Of a stretch of DNA of 64,000 bases, positions 39,223-52,145 are shown one piece after another. The position numbers were made by a program, and so were the translations under genes. Source of the DNA: Ostrea edulis (taxonomy: Eukaryota); contig NC_079167.1 of NCBI RefSeq assembly GCF_947568905.1, positions 75,392,001 to 75,456,000 of the forward strand, given 5' to 3'. Positions within the stretch are counted from its first letter, which is position 1; each line of letters starts with the position of its first letter. The notes beneath the pieces were generated by a model. That model did not search any database, was not told the DNA's origin, and was given only the letters and a program-made list of their open reading frames with translations.

Positions 39223-41908
39223 ATGGCTGCTTCCATAGTGCGATATCGTTTTTCGAAAACAATTTGTTGTAAAAAGCATCTATTTACAAAGTTTTCAGTG
39301 CGGTCTGCAAGCAAATACAGTAAAACAATCGACAAAGTGGAAGAGCCATATGAAGATATTCGGGATGTCAGTCGTTTACCAGAGAGACTGAAGGTTAAAC
39401 TAAAGAAGAACACTGTAAATGCCATGCCGACTCCCGATTACGTTCCAAACTATTTAACAAATAATTCACGGGGTATAAAGCGATTTAAAAGAAAAACTTT
39501 TGCAAAGTATGGACAAAAATATGACATTAATCCCGCAACTTTATGGCCAACAGAGGAGGAGTTGGAAAAGGAAAAATTGAGAAATGTATATTTTGATCCT
39601 CCTTTAGAAGAAAGTATGGAAAAGTTGAGACTTTCAAAAGAGGAAGAAGAAAATAATATACGTAAAAGGTCTGTATTGTGCCAGTATGCAACTATGCATA
39701 TGATGATTTAACTTTAGTTGTCGGGGTCACATCTAATCCGAGATTCCTCTGACTCTCACCAGTACTTTTATATTGTGACATGTGCACCAATGTGTAGTGA
39801 TAGTGGATGAGCAGATCATAGGATCTGATTTTAATTAGATTGGGGGTGGGTTGGTGTTTTCATAACAATAACATGCATTGCAAACATTGTTTATCTAGAG
39901 CACCTGTTACCCAATTCTTATTGATTGATTGATTGTATCTTGTTTAACGTCTCACTCGAGAATTTTTCACTCATATGGAGATGTCGCCAAGACCGGTGAA
40001 GGGCTTCAAATTTAGGGCGTTTGCTAGGCGCTATGGCCATTGAGCAGTGAGGGTTCTTAAATTAGCATGCCACACCCACTGTGACACGGGACATCCGTTT
40101 TTAAGGTCATCTCGGAGGACCCGTGACATTCACACCTGATGCCTAGCATTTGGCGATGAAACTTTCACTACCTGTTTTAACGACTTGGGTCTGTCGTGGC
40201 CGGGATTTGAACCCTGACCTTCCGCATGCGGAAGGCGAACATTCTAACTTCTAGACCACTGCAGCGATCCAATTTAAATCACTGTGTTCATTTAATGTCC
40301 AGCTACCTGTTAATCTTGATACAGGGCTTGAAGCTAACTTTTTAGGTCACCAGTCCAGCCGGACTGATGGGGTATAATTTCAACCAGTCCGCAGAAAAAT
40401 TTACCAGTCCAACAGAGTTTTCCAGAAATAATTAAACATATTTAATTTCGTTAATGTTATCAAAATGAAATTTAGCTCAATATGTCTCAGACAATATTGT
40501 AACACTTAAATGTGGGATTTATATTTACGAATCAGATTCGTCTGATATCTACAGATCAAAGCATGCCAAATGTGTGTATAAGATTTCATAAGTATATGCT
40601 TTAGAAAATTAACCAGTCCCACCGGACTGACTAAAACAAATGTCAGTCAGTCCGCCAGACTTTTAACCAGTCACAGACTGACGGGCATATGTTAATTTCG
40701 AGCCCTGTGATATGTCGAGGTACATGTTTAAACATGTCTGTCTTCAATTGTCAAGCAATGCTATCTGTGACTCTAGTATAGTACTGAAGATATTTCGATC
40801 ACAGTTTCAGCAAACCCAATGTATTAAACTTATGAAATTACATTTAATTATCTAATGAAAATTATTAATCAACAATTGATCCATGTAATGAAAAGACTTT
40901 ATCTATATTTATCTTTGCAAGAAATGTACATTAGACAGTAGGTTTTGATCATTGAAAGTGAAAAACCAAATTTTGGGGGAAATCTTGGATCAGTCCCTTT
41001 AAGAAACAAAGTTAGTATTCTATGACTTTGAAGCGTGTTTACTCATGGGCTTCTATGAGAGTCTCAAGAGAATTTTGCATTTAGCATATTTTCATCTACT
41101 TGAATTACAAAATTGGAGAAAAAAGTTGTCTATTAGCCATAGAAGGCATTGAATTTGACCTTTCTGCACTTAAAATTCCACATTTTATGGAGTGCCAAAT
41201 TAACATAAATTTTAAATAATTGAAGATATTTTTAATTATTTTAAGATATCATCTATTCATTTGATGCATGCAACAATTCAGTTAAAGATATATTCAAATA
41301 ATTATAATGATATCTTTAATTCTGAATTATTGTGCACATTTATTTAATTGAATAGTTGATAGCAGTAATTATTCTGCAGAATTGATGAGCGCTATAATTG
41401 TTGCTCTCTTCTGGGTTAGCAGTAATTCTTCTAGAGAGAAAAATTATATAATTCGAGATTATCAGATATCTTCAATTCAACATATCCACAACTGAGTTAA
41501 TGATCTCTGTACTTGGAAGTTTAAAAGAATTAATGTGCACATTGTCATTCATTCTATAAGTCGGGCGTGCATAAAACAATGCAAACTCGTTCATATTATC
41601 TATGTAATTTTTGTAGGCAAGAAGAAATTGAAAAGAATATGGGAAAAATGAAGGATTGGATAAAAGCATATGAAGATCGAAAAAAGAATGCAGTGTTAAC
41701 TGAACAAAGAGATGATGAAAGGCGGAAAAAGATGATTGACAAACTACATGACCATTTTGGCTATCAAATTCATCTGCACTCCACTAAAGCGAGAGAATAC
41801 CTGAAAGAGCTAACAGAGAAGGAAAAGAAGGAGAAGAAACTTCAACACAAACAAGACAAACGGGACAAAGCCCAGCTACAACAGGGAATGTCACAAAGTG
41901 AAGAATAA
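39223..41908 (+). CDS. GADD45GIP1: Growth arrest and DNA damage-inducible proteins-interacting protein 1 (CRIF1, mitoribosomal mL64); exons 39223-39668, 41617-41908; 245 aa
   Basis: Basic N-terminal targeting-like peptide; KYGQKYDINPATLWPTEEELE and HFGYQIHLHSTKAREYLKELTEKEKKEKK match CRIF1 ([45 protein letters not shown]); phase-2 GT-AG intron. Confidence 0.85.
39921..40266 (-). mobile_element. Full-length tRNA-derived SINE with (CAAT)n tail, in the GADD45GIP1 intron
   Basis: Minus-strand tRNA head (gtggtctag...ggttcaaatccc) and ttga repeat tail on plus; closely similar truncated copy at 44793-45013. Confidence 0.8.
40322..40707. mobile_element. MITE with TIR cagggct(t/c)gaa and 5-bp TSD tgata
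   Basis: TIRs, tgata on both flanks, internal ccagtcc repeats. Confidence 0.75.
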
Positions 41909-42999
41909 AATCAAATTTATAAAACTACCAGCATTTTGTTGTGTAATCCATACGACTTTGTATTCTGGGAGATTAATTACAATATCGATCAAATCTTGAT
42001 GATCTGGGGCTAGAAACTTTCTATGTTATCAACTTGTAATTTTTTATGGCATTTGGAAGTCTGTATGTGTGAACCAAATTAATTGTGATATTTTAAATTA
42101 CCCGCTGCTCTCTTAGAGCGGCCATTGAATTTTAATTTATGACGTCACACCGTCAGTTGCGGTTTATTCCATCAGCAGCACTGTAAACATGACAAGTCAC
42201 GAACATTTAAGTTTGGAACTGTATATAGATGAGTACATTCTTTCGCAAGAAGAAATTGAGAAAAAAGAAGACGTTCAGTTGAGTTGCAGACCAGGCAGAC
42301 CTGACGGTACACATTTCTTCATACAAATGTCTCGAACCTCAACTTGTCATTACGCAAATGATGGATCCAAAGTATACATAGTCTTCTTTTTTTTGCAGAT
42401 GACTTGGTTAGGTCAGGAATTTCGAAAAAACTTTTTTTTCACATCTCCCCTACGCATTTGTGCAATTAACAGCTTGACAGGAAGGCACCAACCTATTCGT
42501 AAAATCTACCACATTATGCACATTTTTGATGATCTTAGAATCTCATCAAAACCGGAACAGACGGTGTAACGTCAAAATTATTGATTTTTGTGGTCATGAA
42601 TACAAAACAGTTCCACATCATGGCGGCCTATATAGATGGCGGGAATTTCAGTTCTTAACGTTTTCAAATTAGTACTGAAGCTTATCTAGGCCTAATATCA
42701 GCAGAATAGCATGACAAATTTTTATCATATAATTAATCCTATCATTTATCATGTAAACATTTTTTGGGTTGCCTTCCCCTTTAAGGATCAAGGTATTGGA
42801 GGTGTCCTGAAACGAATAAGATATTCATTTTTCCATTGGAGGGGGCGGGGGTAATGTACATAAAATCTATACATGCTATCCACACTCCAGGTGTCTGCGT
42901 TTCTGATCAGATTAGCTTTCTCACTACAATAAAGAGGTTTAAATCCTGATGACTTGACAATGTGTTCCCAGACAGGGAATTTTTAATAGCTATGCTGGA

Positions 43000-43921
43000 G
43001 TCACTTCATCACAGGGCTTGCTAGATAGGGAGGAGTATTGAATGTTCATCACAGGACTTGTTAGATAGGGAGGAGTATTGAATGTTCATCACAGAGCTTG
43101 CTAGATAGGGAGGAGTATTGGATGTTCATCACAGGGCTTGCTAGATAGGAAGGAATATTGAATGCAGTCACTTCATCACAGGACTTGTTAGATAGGGAGG
43201 AGTATTGAATGTTCATCACAGGACTTGTGAGATAAGAAGTCGCTTCATAACAGGACTTGTGAGATAAGAAGTCACTTCATAACAGGACTTGTTAGATAGG
43301 GAGGAGTATTGAATGTTCATCACAGGGATTGTTAGATAGGGAGGAGTATTGAATGTTCATCACAGGACTTGTTAGATAGGGAGGAGTATTGAATGTTCAT
43401 CACAGGACTTGTTAGATAGGGAGGAGTATTGAATGTTCATCACAGGACTTGTTAAATAGGGAGGAGTATTGAATGTTCATCACAGGGATTGTTAAATAGG
43501 GAGGAGTATTGAATGTTCATCACAGGACTTGTTAAATAGGGAGGAGTATTGAATGTTGTCACTTCATCAAAGGACTTGTTAGATAGAGAGGAGTATTGAA
43601 TGTTCATCACAGGGATTGTTAGATAGGGAGGAGTATTGAATGTTCATCACAGGGATTGTTAGATAGGGAGGAGTATTGAATGTTCATCACAGGACTTGTT
43701 AAATAGGGAGGAGTATTGAATATTCATAGGGATTGTTAGATAGGGAGGAGTATTGAATGCTGTCACTTCATCACAGGGCTTGTTAGATAGGAAGGAGTAT
43801 TGGATGTTCATCACAGGACTTGTTAGATAGGGAGGAGTATTGAACGTTCATCACAGGACTTGTGAGATAAGAAGTCACTTCATCACAGGACTTGTTAGAT
43901 AGGAAGGAGTATTTGATGCTG
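43000..43921. repeat. 40-bp minisatellite with interspersed 32-bp variant units, about 23 copies
   Basis: Unit ttcatcacaggacttgttagatagggaggagtattgaatg; variant ttcatcacaggacttgtgagataagaagtcac. Confidence 0.93.
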
Positions 43922-44374
43922 TTCCCGTTCGACCATCCCTCTTTCAACACAACGGACAACAAACAAAGGAATCAATTAGCGTTTTATTCAGAGTCATGAA
44001 TATAAACTTTGTTGATTCTAAAACAAAACACTCTCAAAACAGAGAATAACTATTATTATAAAAATGACCATCAATGAATACTCCAACTCTTGTTTCGTTC
44101 CAACCGTAGAATTCTAATAACAAGTTCATGAAAACAAAATAGAATTCTGGTCTGCTATGTATCATTAATTCGTCATAACACAAGAATATCAGTAAAGCTG
44201 ATGGATGCTCCCCGAACTGCATCTAACCAATTAACTACATAAACTGCCAAATGGTAAGATGCTTGTTGGCTCTGTACTCTGTAGTTCAAACTGATAAAAA
44301 ACTTGAGGCAAACAACAATCTGAATGTTATTTTGTCTCTAGATAATATCAAAGTACAGGTCAAGCCTGATGCAT

Positions 44375-44492
44375 TTTACTGAACCCGTTTGTAATAAACG
44401 TATTGAATCGAAAATCTAGGCAATGAATCAAGCATTGAATCCAGTGTTTATATTGAACAGTATCGATATTTCAGTGAATCGTTTCGGCCCTA
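44375..44492. mobile_element. Right-end fragment of the TAGGGC MITE family
   Basis: Matches 52035-52145. Confidence 0.65.
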
Positions 44493-44792
44493 TTTTCATG
44501 TAACATAAGACACAATGATCAATAACTTTTGAATTTTGAAATACTATTGAAATGAAGGTTTTATATATAAGGAATATGTTGAGTGACCTTGACCTTTACA
44601 AAATGACCTTGAATAACTCATTCAGATACCTTGGTCCAAAAGATCAATAATAGTTGAAATATTGTTGAAATGAAGGTTTTTTTCCATATACAAATACAAA
44701 GTATATGTTCTGAGTGCCCTTGACCATCACAAAATGACCCTGAGTGACCTTTGTCTGAAAGCCATTTACCTGTTACTTCTTAGTGTAATATA

Positions 44793-45013
44793 TGATTAAT
44801 TGATTGTATCTTGTTTAACGTCTCGAGAATTTTTCACTCATATGGAGATGTCACCAAGACCGGTGAAGGGCTTCAAATTTTAACCTTTGCTTGGCGCTTA
44901 CGGCCATTGAGCACTGAGGGTTCTTTAGTGTGCCACACCTACTGTGACACGGGACATCCATTTTGATGGTAATCTCCGAGGACCTGTGACATTTACACCT
45001 GATGCCGAGTGTT
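44793..45013 (-). mobile_element. 5'-truncated copy of the same SINE family
   Basis: High identity to 39925-40150. Confidence 0.8.
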
Positions 45014-45140
45014 TGAACATGGCAGCAACTATATCCACCCCCAAAATTTTTCAGGGAGCATAAAATTGATATCTGCTATTAGTTCTGTGAAATATTACTG
45101 TCGGATTCTCTGTGGAAGTTTACTGTCCGGTTCATTTCTA

Positions 45141-48100
45141 CTAGCTCCGTGCAATATCACTGTTTGGTTCATTTCTCATAATCACAGAAACTCTCCTGTC
45201 TCTCTCAATTTTCTGTCCCATAAACATGGATTCCTTCTCATCCAGTACAGCGTGCTTATAACAGTACCTTGATTTGTCTCTGAAATACAGATGAAATATG
45301 TTTACAACATGAAGCCCACGGGCCACAATGATGCACATGTTCAAATGTTTATTCTTACTGTGAACCTACACCGAGCCAGTGACAATACGAACAAATTCGA
45401 ATGCACTGTACTCACTACATAATGTTGTTGGCACGTTCATTGCAGTCTTGTTCTTCAAAATGTTTTTAAACTTTTCATAACAGTCGTATGCAAAACTTGC
45501 AACCCAATTAATTGTGACTGAATTAAGAATCCTGAATCACTACATAACAAACACTACACTAACCCTTTCCTATGAAAAAATCAAAAATCATCACAGTTCT
45601 TTTTCCCTTGAAAACAAAACTACTTTTGCAATATGCAATCAATGGAGAAAAAATTTAGCTTGTAGAGTGTCTGCAAGCTTTATCTATGAAGCCCCATAGT
45701 GACCTTAACCTTTTCACCCCAAAAGCAATAGGATTCTCCCTCTTATAAACAAAGCTACATTTGAACCCAACCAGCGGATGAAATTTGATGTAAATTAACT
45801 GAGTCTATTACATTTCACTATATCTTAATGGTATCCCCTTGGTAGGAGTACATAAGCCTTTCACTTCACCACTTTTGTGCTGTGTTTGATGGAATTTTAT
45901 CCAATAGGTCCAGAAACAATTTAATTAAAATTAGATGTTAGATCTGCTCGCGTACTCGCATACATAACATCTTATGTATGCGAGTACGCGAGCGGATCTA
46001 ACATCTAATTTGTGCGAGCGGATCTAATATCTAATTAGATTGGTCCAGAAAAGAATTTGAAAGAAGTAAAACTTAAAGCAAATGACAAACAATGACTGAA
46101 AAGCTTATCTATGCCTTCTGGCTCCTGGGAGTTAATATTTTGTGTGAGAAAAAGTGAGTTTGGATCAATACATGTAAAGTTTTACCTCATGATATATAAG
46201 GATCTTCTGCTGAGTAAAATGTCGGCCCTTCTCGAATCATCTTCTTCATGTGTAAGTCTCATCACAGCTGTCGACAACAGTGATAGGCCAGCTATTGTGT
46301 TACCACAGAACTAAAATGGGGACAAAACATTTGGTGAACAAAACTATACTTGATAAACGTCTTTTATGCACATGTACTAGTATTTGTATTTAGAAGTAAA
46401 TATTGTTAATGTTAAAGTGCATATATTGACACACACAGCATTTCAATTCCTAACAATTCACACTTTAAAATTTTGGTTCATTATTCACTATCTGTTCAGT
46501 TTTGTATATGTGAAAATTTTCATGGGACTTTAGTTTTATCTCATCGTATATTCTCCATTAATTTGCATGACTTTATTCAAGCAAGCACTTGAAACATTTA
46601 GAAATGTCTGTGATACTTAATCAAGTCTGGTAAATAATTACAAGAATTTTATTTGCGCAAGTAAAATAACATTTACGTATGTCCTACTGCAGTGAAAAAT
46701 CTAGGCATTAGATTGGATGACAAGCTGGGAATATGAGGCCATGTACCCTGCCAAGAATAGATGGGATACAAGATAGCGTCGATAGATCTTTATAAGTAAC
46801 TGCTTCATAAAATGAACATTGTTTTCTGCAGTAGGACATTTTCGTTTTATGTATTCTTGGCAGGGTATTTGGACTCACTTTCCCTGACAAAGTATTATTC
46901 TCCCCCATCTATTGGCTTGGGAGAACATTCCTTTGACAAGGAATGTGAGTCCATACACTCTGCCACAAATCCATAAAACTAATTTCGGGCAGTATTTTTT
47001 TTTTTTTTTTACTTTTTATATAGTCATAAACATATTTCAACTTACTCTGACTGCATCAATATGCGGTTTTATTACTCCACTTTTTTCGAGATCAAGAATG
47101 TGTACATAGGCTAGCTTTGAGACTGTGGGAGGGAAGGCAATGTTCGACACTCGCTTTAGAATGCTGCTGTTCTCTGAATTCCACTGTCGTCTTTCTGTTT
47201 CCCTATATCCGTGTATAGCCTGCATGATAAAACAGTCAGGATCAGTTACAGAATTTCTATGCATTTAACCTGACGTGAAAATATGTATAAATGGATGTGC
47301 TTTTTTTTCTAAGAAAAATAAATGAGCACATTATTTATGTCAAACTTTAAACACTAATTATGTATTTTAAATATAGGGTTTGCACCCTTACTGTACCCTA
47401 GGTAATGATTTTATTGTTTAAAGGTGAAGATTGTTAAAGCAAACATTCTGATTAATTCTAAAGCAATAAATGATACAAACACCTTCAGAAAATGAATTTT
47501 TACATGAAAGACACAATTCTTGTAAAATTGCATCAAGGTCAAAACTTGACCCGAGAGGAAGTTTCATAATTTGAAAGCATAACACAAAAAGCATAGAAAA
47601 AAAGATTTAGGCAAAGGACCATAACTCTAGTAATGGGGGAGCATCTGTTTTTGATCATGAAAAAGAAGTCACATCAAATCATATCATAGCAAAAAAATGA
47701 ATGTTATATAAAAGCCATAACTTTTATATTACAAGAAATGTTTTAGAATCATATATGTCCCTGTGTGGCAATATTGAAAAAGATCTACTTTAATCTAGGG
47801 TGTCTGTAATGATGGTGAAAAATATGGGTTATCTGCTAGTCAAGGGCAACCACAATATTAAGTCTGATCTCTATCAGGGGTTCTAGAGATAATAGCGGTA
47901 TTTTTATATCCAGAGTGATTTGAGATTCAAAATGAAAAGGAGTTATAATTCCATAAGAGATCTTGACCATTGCAGTCATCTACTCTTTAGGGGGTACCAG
48001 TGTACCTGGTTTGATATCTGTCACGCAAAGGGTTCACAAGATATTGAGTAGACAATACATTAATATGACCAGAAAGTAGAAAATTTATGGCTGAACTAGG

Positions 48101-48983
48101 AATCAAACCTGGGACCCCTGCCTCACTAGTCCTAGGTGCCTCTAACCGCTGAGCTACCCAGGTCGATATCCAGTCCTTATAACCCTAATTACTACATTCC
48201 TCCCTCTTAATTTGTCTTTGCCCTTGAAGACACGTACAACCCACGTTGTTTTCGCCCCTAGCAGGACAACCTGCAGTTCAGGGGTGGTCTCGGCACCTGA
48301 CTAGTGAGGCAGGGGTCCCGGGTATATAGGAGAGGAGAAAATCTGTGGCTGGACCGGGAATTGAACCTGGGACCCCTGCACTCCTAGTCAGGTGCTCTAA
48401 CCACTGAGCTACCCAGGCCAATATCCACAGTCCGTATAGCCCTAATTACTACATTAACATGACAATATATATATATATAATTAATTGATACCTATAAGAT
48501 AATGAATAATAGATCATTTTGGGGTCTTTGTGGACTCAATTTACATAGGTGTTATGTACAGGTAAGTGTATAGCCTGAAGAAATAATAAAAGAGCCGAAA
48601 CAGGGGTGGGGTGGGGTCGAGTTATAGTATATATCCATATGATAAACGTATAAATGCAACAAAACAAATCCATGTGCACTAACATCATCCCAGTGGTCTC
48701 GTTCATATCTTAAACGCCTCATATACGGATTCAGTTCATTCATCAAAGAACGTTCCTCATCTTCGGTAATGAAGTCATTGTACACAATAAAACTATCAAT
48801 AAGATCACTAAATGCATTGCGGTCGCTAGCATCAAGCCATTTCGGACTTTCTTCTACAGACGGGATCATGTTGGAGGCAAACCTGAAAATGTCATGTTTT
48901 GTAATCAATGTATTCATTTTCCAGATAGGTCTATGATTTGAAATTCTCCTTAATACACACGTTTTTAGGCTTAAATTATGCAT
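45141..48983 (-). CDS. ALKBH7: Alpha-ketoglutarate-dependent dioxygenase alkB homolog 7, mitochondrial; exons 48983-48684, 47219-47046, 46310-46186, 45279-45141; 245 aa
   Basis: RYERDHWDD|AIHGYRETE, VHILDLEKSGVIKPHIDAVR|FCGNTIAGLSLLS, SLYIMR, HAVL, RRVSVIMR match ALKBH7; HxD...H and Arg ligands intact; 738 nt total. Start ATG choice less certain. Confidence 0.93.
45929..46010. repeat. 82-nt palindrome (39-bp arms, 4-nt loop) in ALKBH7 intron 3
   Basis: aattagatgttagatctgctcgcgtactcgcatacataa-catc-ttatgtatgcgagtacgcgagcggatctaacatctaatt; a single T/G mismatch. Confidence 0.95.
48089..48454 (-). repeat. Tandem (258-bp period) tRNA-Thr(AGT)-like pseudogene heads with an inverted partial copy
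   Basis: Two minus-strand heads (gctcagtggttagagcacctgactag...ggttcaattccc) at 48089 and 48347; plus-strand partial at about 48293-48324; related head at 10385-10437. Confidence 0.6.
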
Positions 48984-51710
48984 TTTCACTAAGTAATTGC
49001 AAAAATACAAAACAAGGTTAGACAACATATACAGTTCCGGTTTGACAGACACATATTAGTTCGTTCGTTCATTGTAACTTCAAAATAATATTTCTCAAAG
49101 GTTTTATCAAAAGCCTATATCAAAGCTATGGAAATATCATGAGTTAAAGCTGTTGCTTCATAATAATGAAGATATTTTACAAATTTTGAAATAGTAAAAA
49201 AAAAATGTACAAATTAGCCTATTTCATTGAAGAAAAAAAATCTGGATTCGCAGTGCGCTTTTTACAATGGAAAAACAAATGTGTGTTGTCAAAGTAAATT
49301 TTGTTTATGGTTGACCCAGGAACCAGTTGGGACTGTTTGCATTTACTGAGTTAGTAGATCTATCTACAGAATATGTTTGTGCTCCATGGAATTGTTCAAA
49401 GATGATCTGACCAGGTACCTGGTGTATTGGTATGTACATAAGTTTCTACTGTGTTGCTACACAATATTACACACAGGTCTACCAAACTTAAAGGATTCTA
49501 TCAAAACAGTTCATATAGACACTGATACTTAGATGTGTAGTATGTTCAGCAACAAGCATAATGAAATCTCTCCACCCATTTCCTTTGAAAGGCTTATGGA
49601 AAGAAATAGCTGAATTATAACAGATTTTAAGCTTGACTTAGCAGTTCAGCGTGGGCTGACCTTACAACATGGTTTGGTTTGAATGTTATATTTTGGTTAA
49701 CAGACAATCTTGAGGGATCTCGCCGAGTTTACATGGGTATAACGGTTATGTCAATCTTGATAGAATGTTCAATCATTAGGATAAAGGGTAGAACCCCACG
49801 TGCATGTGTTTGCAATATGTAGCAAAATGTATTTTTGGGTCAATGAAATGATTTTTTTAAAAACATTTTATAATAAATACCTTTAAACCGTTGTGCTATA
49901 CATTAAGCAGTCTCTGACAACTTGTTATGCAAATGTTTTTTTAAAAAAAAAAAAAAAAACAATTTTTCTATCAGTTTAGTAATGAGCTGACTTTTTGTAT
50001 GTCTCCGTAAATTAACGAGTTGCAAATCAAGTTTGAGCTTCATGTTGCTAGACCTGTTCTACAATTCTTTTACAAATAGTGATTGCCGTTTGACTTTGAA
50101 AATTATTCACTGTGTATTCCAAACTTTTTATCTATTAAATGTGCTTGCAGATAATGAGTATATTGGTAGTGTGTACCTTTCTTCAGTTGAAGATTAAGTT
50201 TCACTTGCTTATTTTGGTATACTTTTATCAAGGCTTATTGCCAATGGACTGGAAAAAATTAATCAAGCCAGGAAATTATTCTTTTTTTTTCCCCATTAAA
50301 CGTTCCATGAATTAATAAAAAGTGTTTTTTTTTTGTTTTTTTTTTATCTATTTGTCACAAAGTGTGTCAAATGAACTGTGTTGCAAAAACATAATTTAGA
50401 TTTCGTTAATACAAAATGTCATTTTATTGTCAACTTGGTTTGGATATCTTTTAAAAGTAAATAAAATATCAATATAAAATCTTTTTTGATAAAGTAAGTC
50501 AATGTGTTTCTTTCTGCATGTCAAACAATGTCAATTTGCAAGTAGTTTCCTGGATATTATATATACAAGCAACGAAATAACATGAAATAATAAGAATTGC
50601 ATTATATTTAATAACTCCCTGAATACTGGGTGATGAAACTGTGTGAGAAACTTACTGAGCAGATTCACTTTTGCAATGATAAAGATTTGTCCCACTCCCG
50701 CTTGTAAACAAAGTGTTTTGTGCCTTATTATGTACAAGAGTTCTCCAAAGGGAAATAACTTGTACGTATCTCGAAACCGGTGTATTCAATTCTCTTGACA
50801 TCTTATCAAAACAAAAGCAGTACATCATATGCATGAAATATTATATATATTCTATTTTCGTTTGATTTGCCCCTAGTATTATTTTGACATCCTTGGACCT
50901 CCAGATATTTCAAATTTGTGTGTCAGCAGGGCATTTTTGTCACACTGACCCACTCACCTGTCTAGTTTCCAATAGATTCTATTGAGAGTACCTGGGCTTT
51001 TGCTGGGCCATAACAGTCCACAGTGTGAATGCCAGGGACGAAACTTGGGATTACTTTAACTCAAATGGGTAGGGCTGGTTTTTGGGAGAGGGTCCCAATC
51101 CCATTAGATTCATTGATTGTGAATTTTATTGGAATATTTTGTTCAGATTAGGAATTCTTTAATCAATATATAATCACCCAAGTTTTTGTTTTTTTCTTAG
51201 ACTCTCACTCATTCTGTAATGACCCCTTCTCCCCCTCAAACTACATGTAGTTAATGTTGTAAACTTTCTTTCTTTTTTGAATTTCCTTCTTTATAAAATG
51301 TCTTACTGTTATGCCCTCTGGGCCCAAAATTGGAATAAACTTATTTAATCTTATCTTATTTTATGTAGTCTAGGCATCTCTGTATTTTTCTGTATTCTGA
51401 CAAAAGGTGATTATTTGAGAAATGCATCCTACTTACATTGTCTCAGTATTGGGAATTTGTGAACCATGAATTGGGAAAAGTTTTCTTATTTTCCAATTGA
51501 GAAGGGACCTTTAATCGGACCCATTTTAAGGAGATCGATGACCCTGGTGTGGTAACTAGATAATTGTGATGTCACATGATTACAGACAATGATGGACTTC
51601 TAAGTTCTACTACCAGAAATGTAAATGAATGTGCACTTCTAGAATGAAGTGCATAGAATTTGAAAAAATATGTAATAAAAAGGTGATTAATTGAATGTTG
51701 GGTAACATAC

Positions 51711-52145
51711 TAGGGCGGAAACGATACGCCCCCTTCACGATACGATACATATTGCAATACTTATGCCACGATTCAATACTTTCAATACAATACAATAAAC
51801 AGAAGAAACCAATAATAACAATGAAGAAAAAATTAACTATCAAGATTCAAAATCATAATTTTAAAAGCAAAACTGCCAAACGGTGAGATGCCTGTTCGCA
51901 GTAGTTTAAACTGATATTATAGTTTATTATTATTTTCGTCAACCTCAAGGCAAACAACAGTTTAAACATTATTTGACGCTATTTTGTCCCTCATGCAGGT
52001 AGAAATAATATGTACTGGCCGAGACTGATGTATTTTACTGAACCCATTAAGTGTATCGAACCGAAAATTGAGGCAATGAATCGAACATTGAATTGAACAT
52101 TTATATTGAACAGTATCGATATTTCGGTGAATCGTTTCAGCCCTA
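51711..52145. mobile_element. hAT-type MITE, TIR TAGGGC(G/T)GAAACGAT, perfect 8-bp TSD taacatac
   Basis: TSD at 51703-51710 and 52146-52153. Confidence 0.85.

Noticed and set aside
31479-39425. Antisense ORFs over CFAP57 and GADD45GIP1 exons
   Set aside because: Shadow frames of real coding exons.
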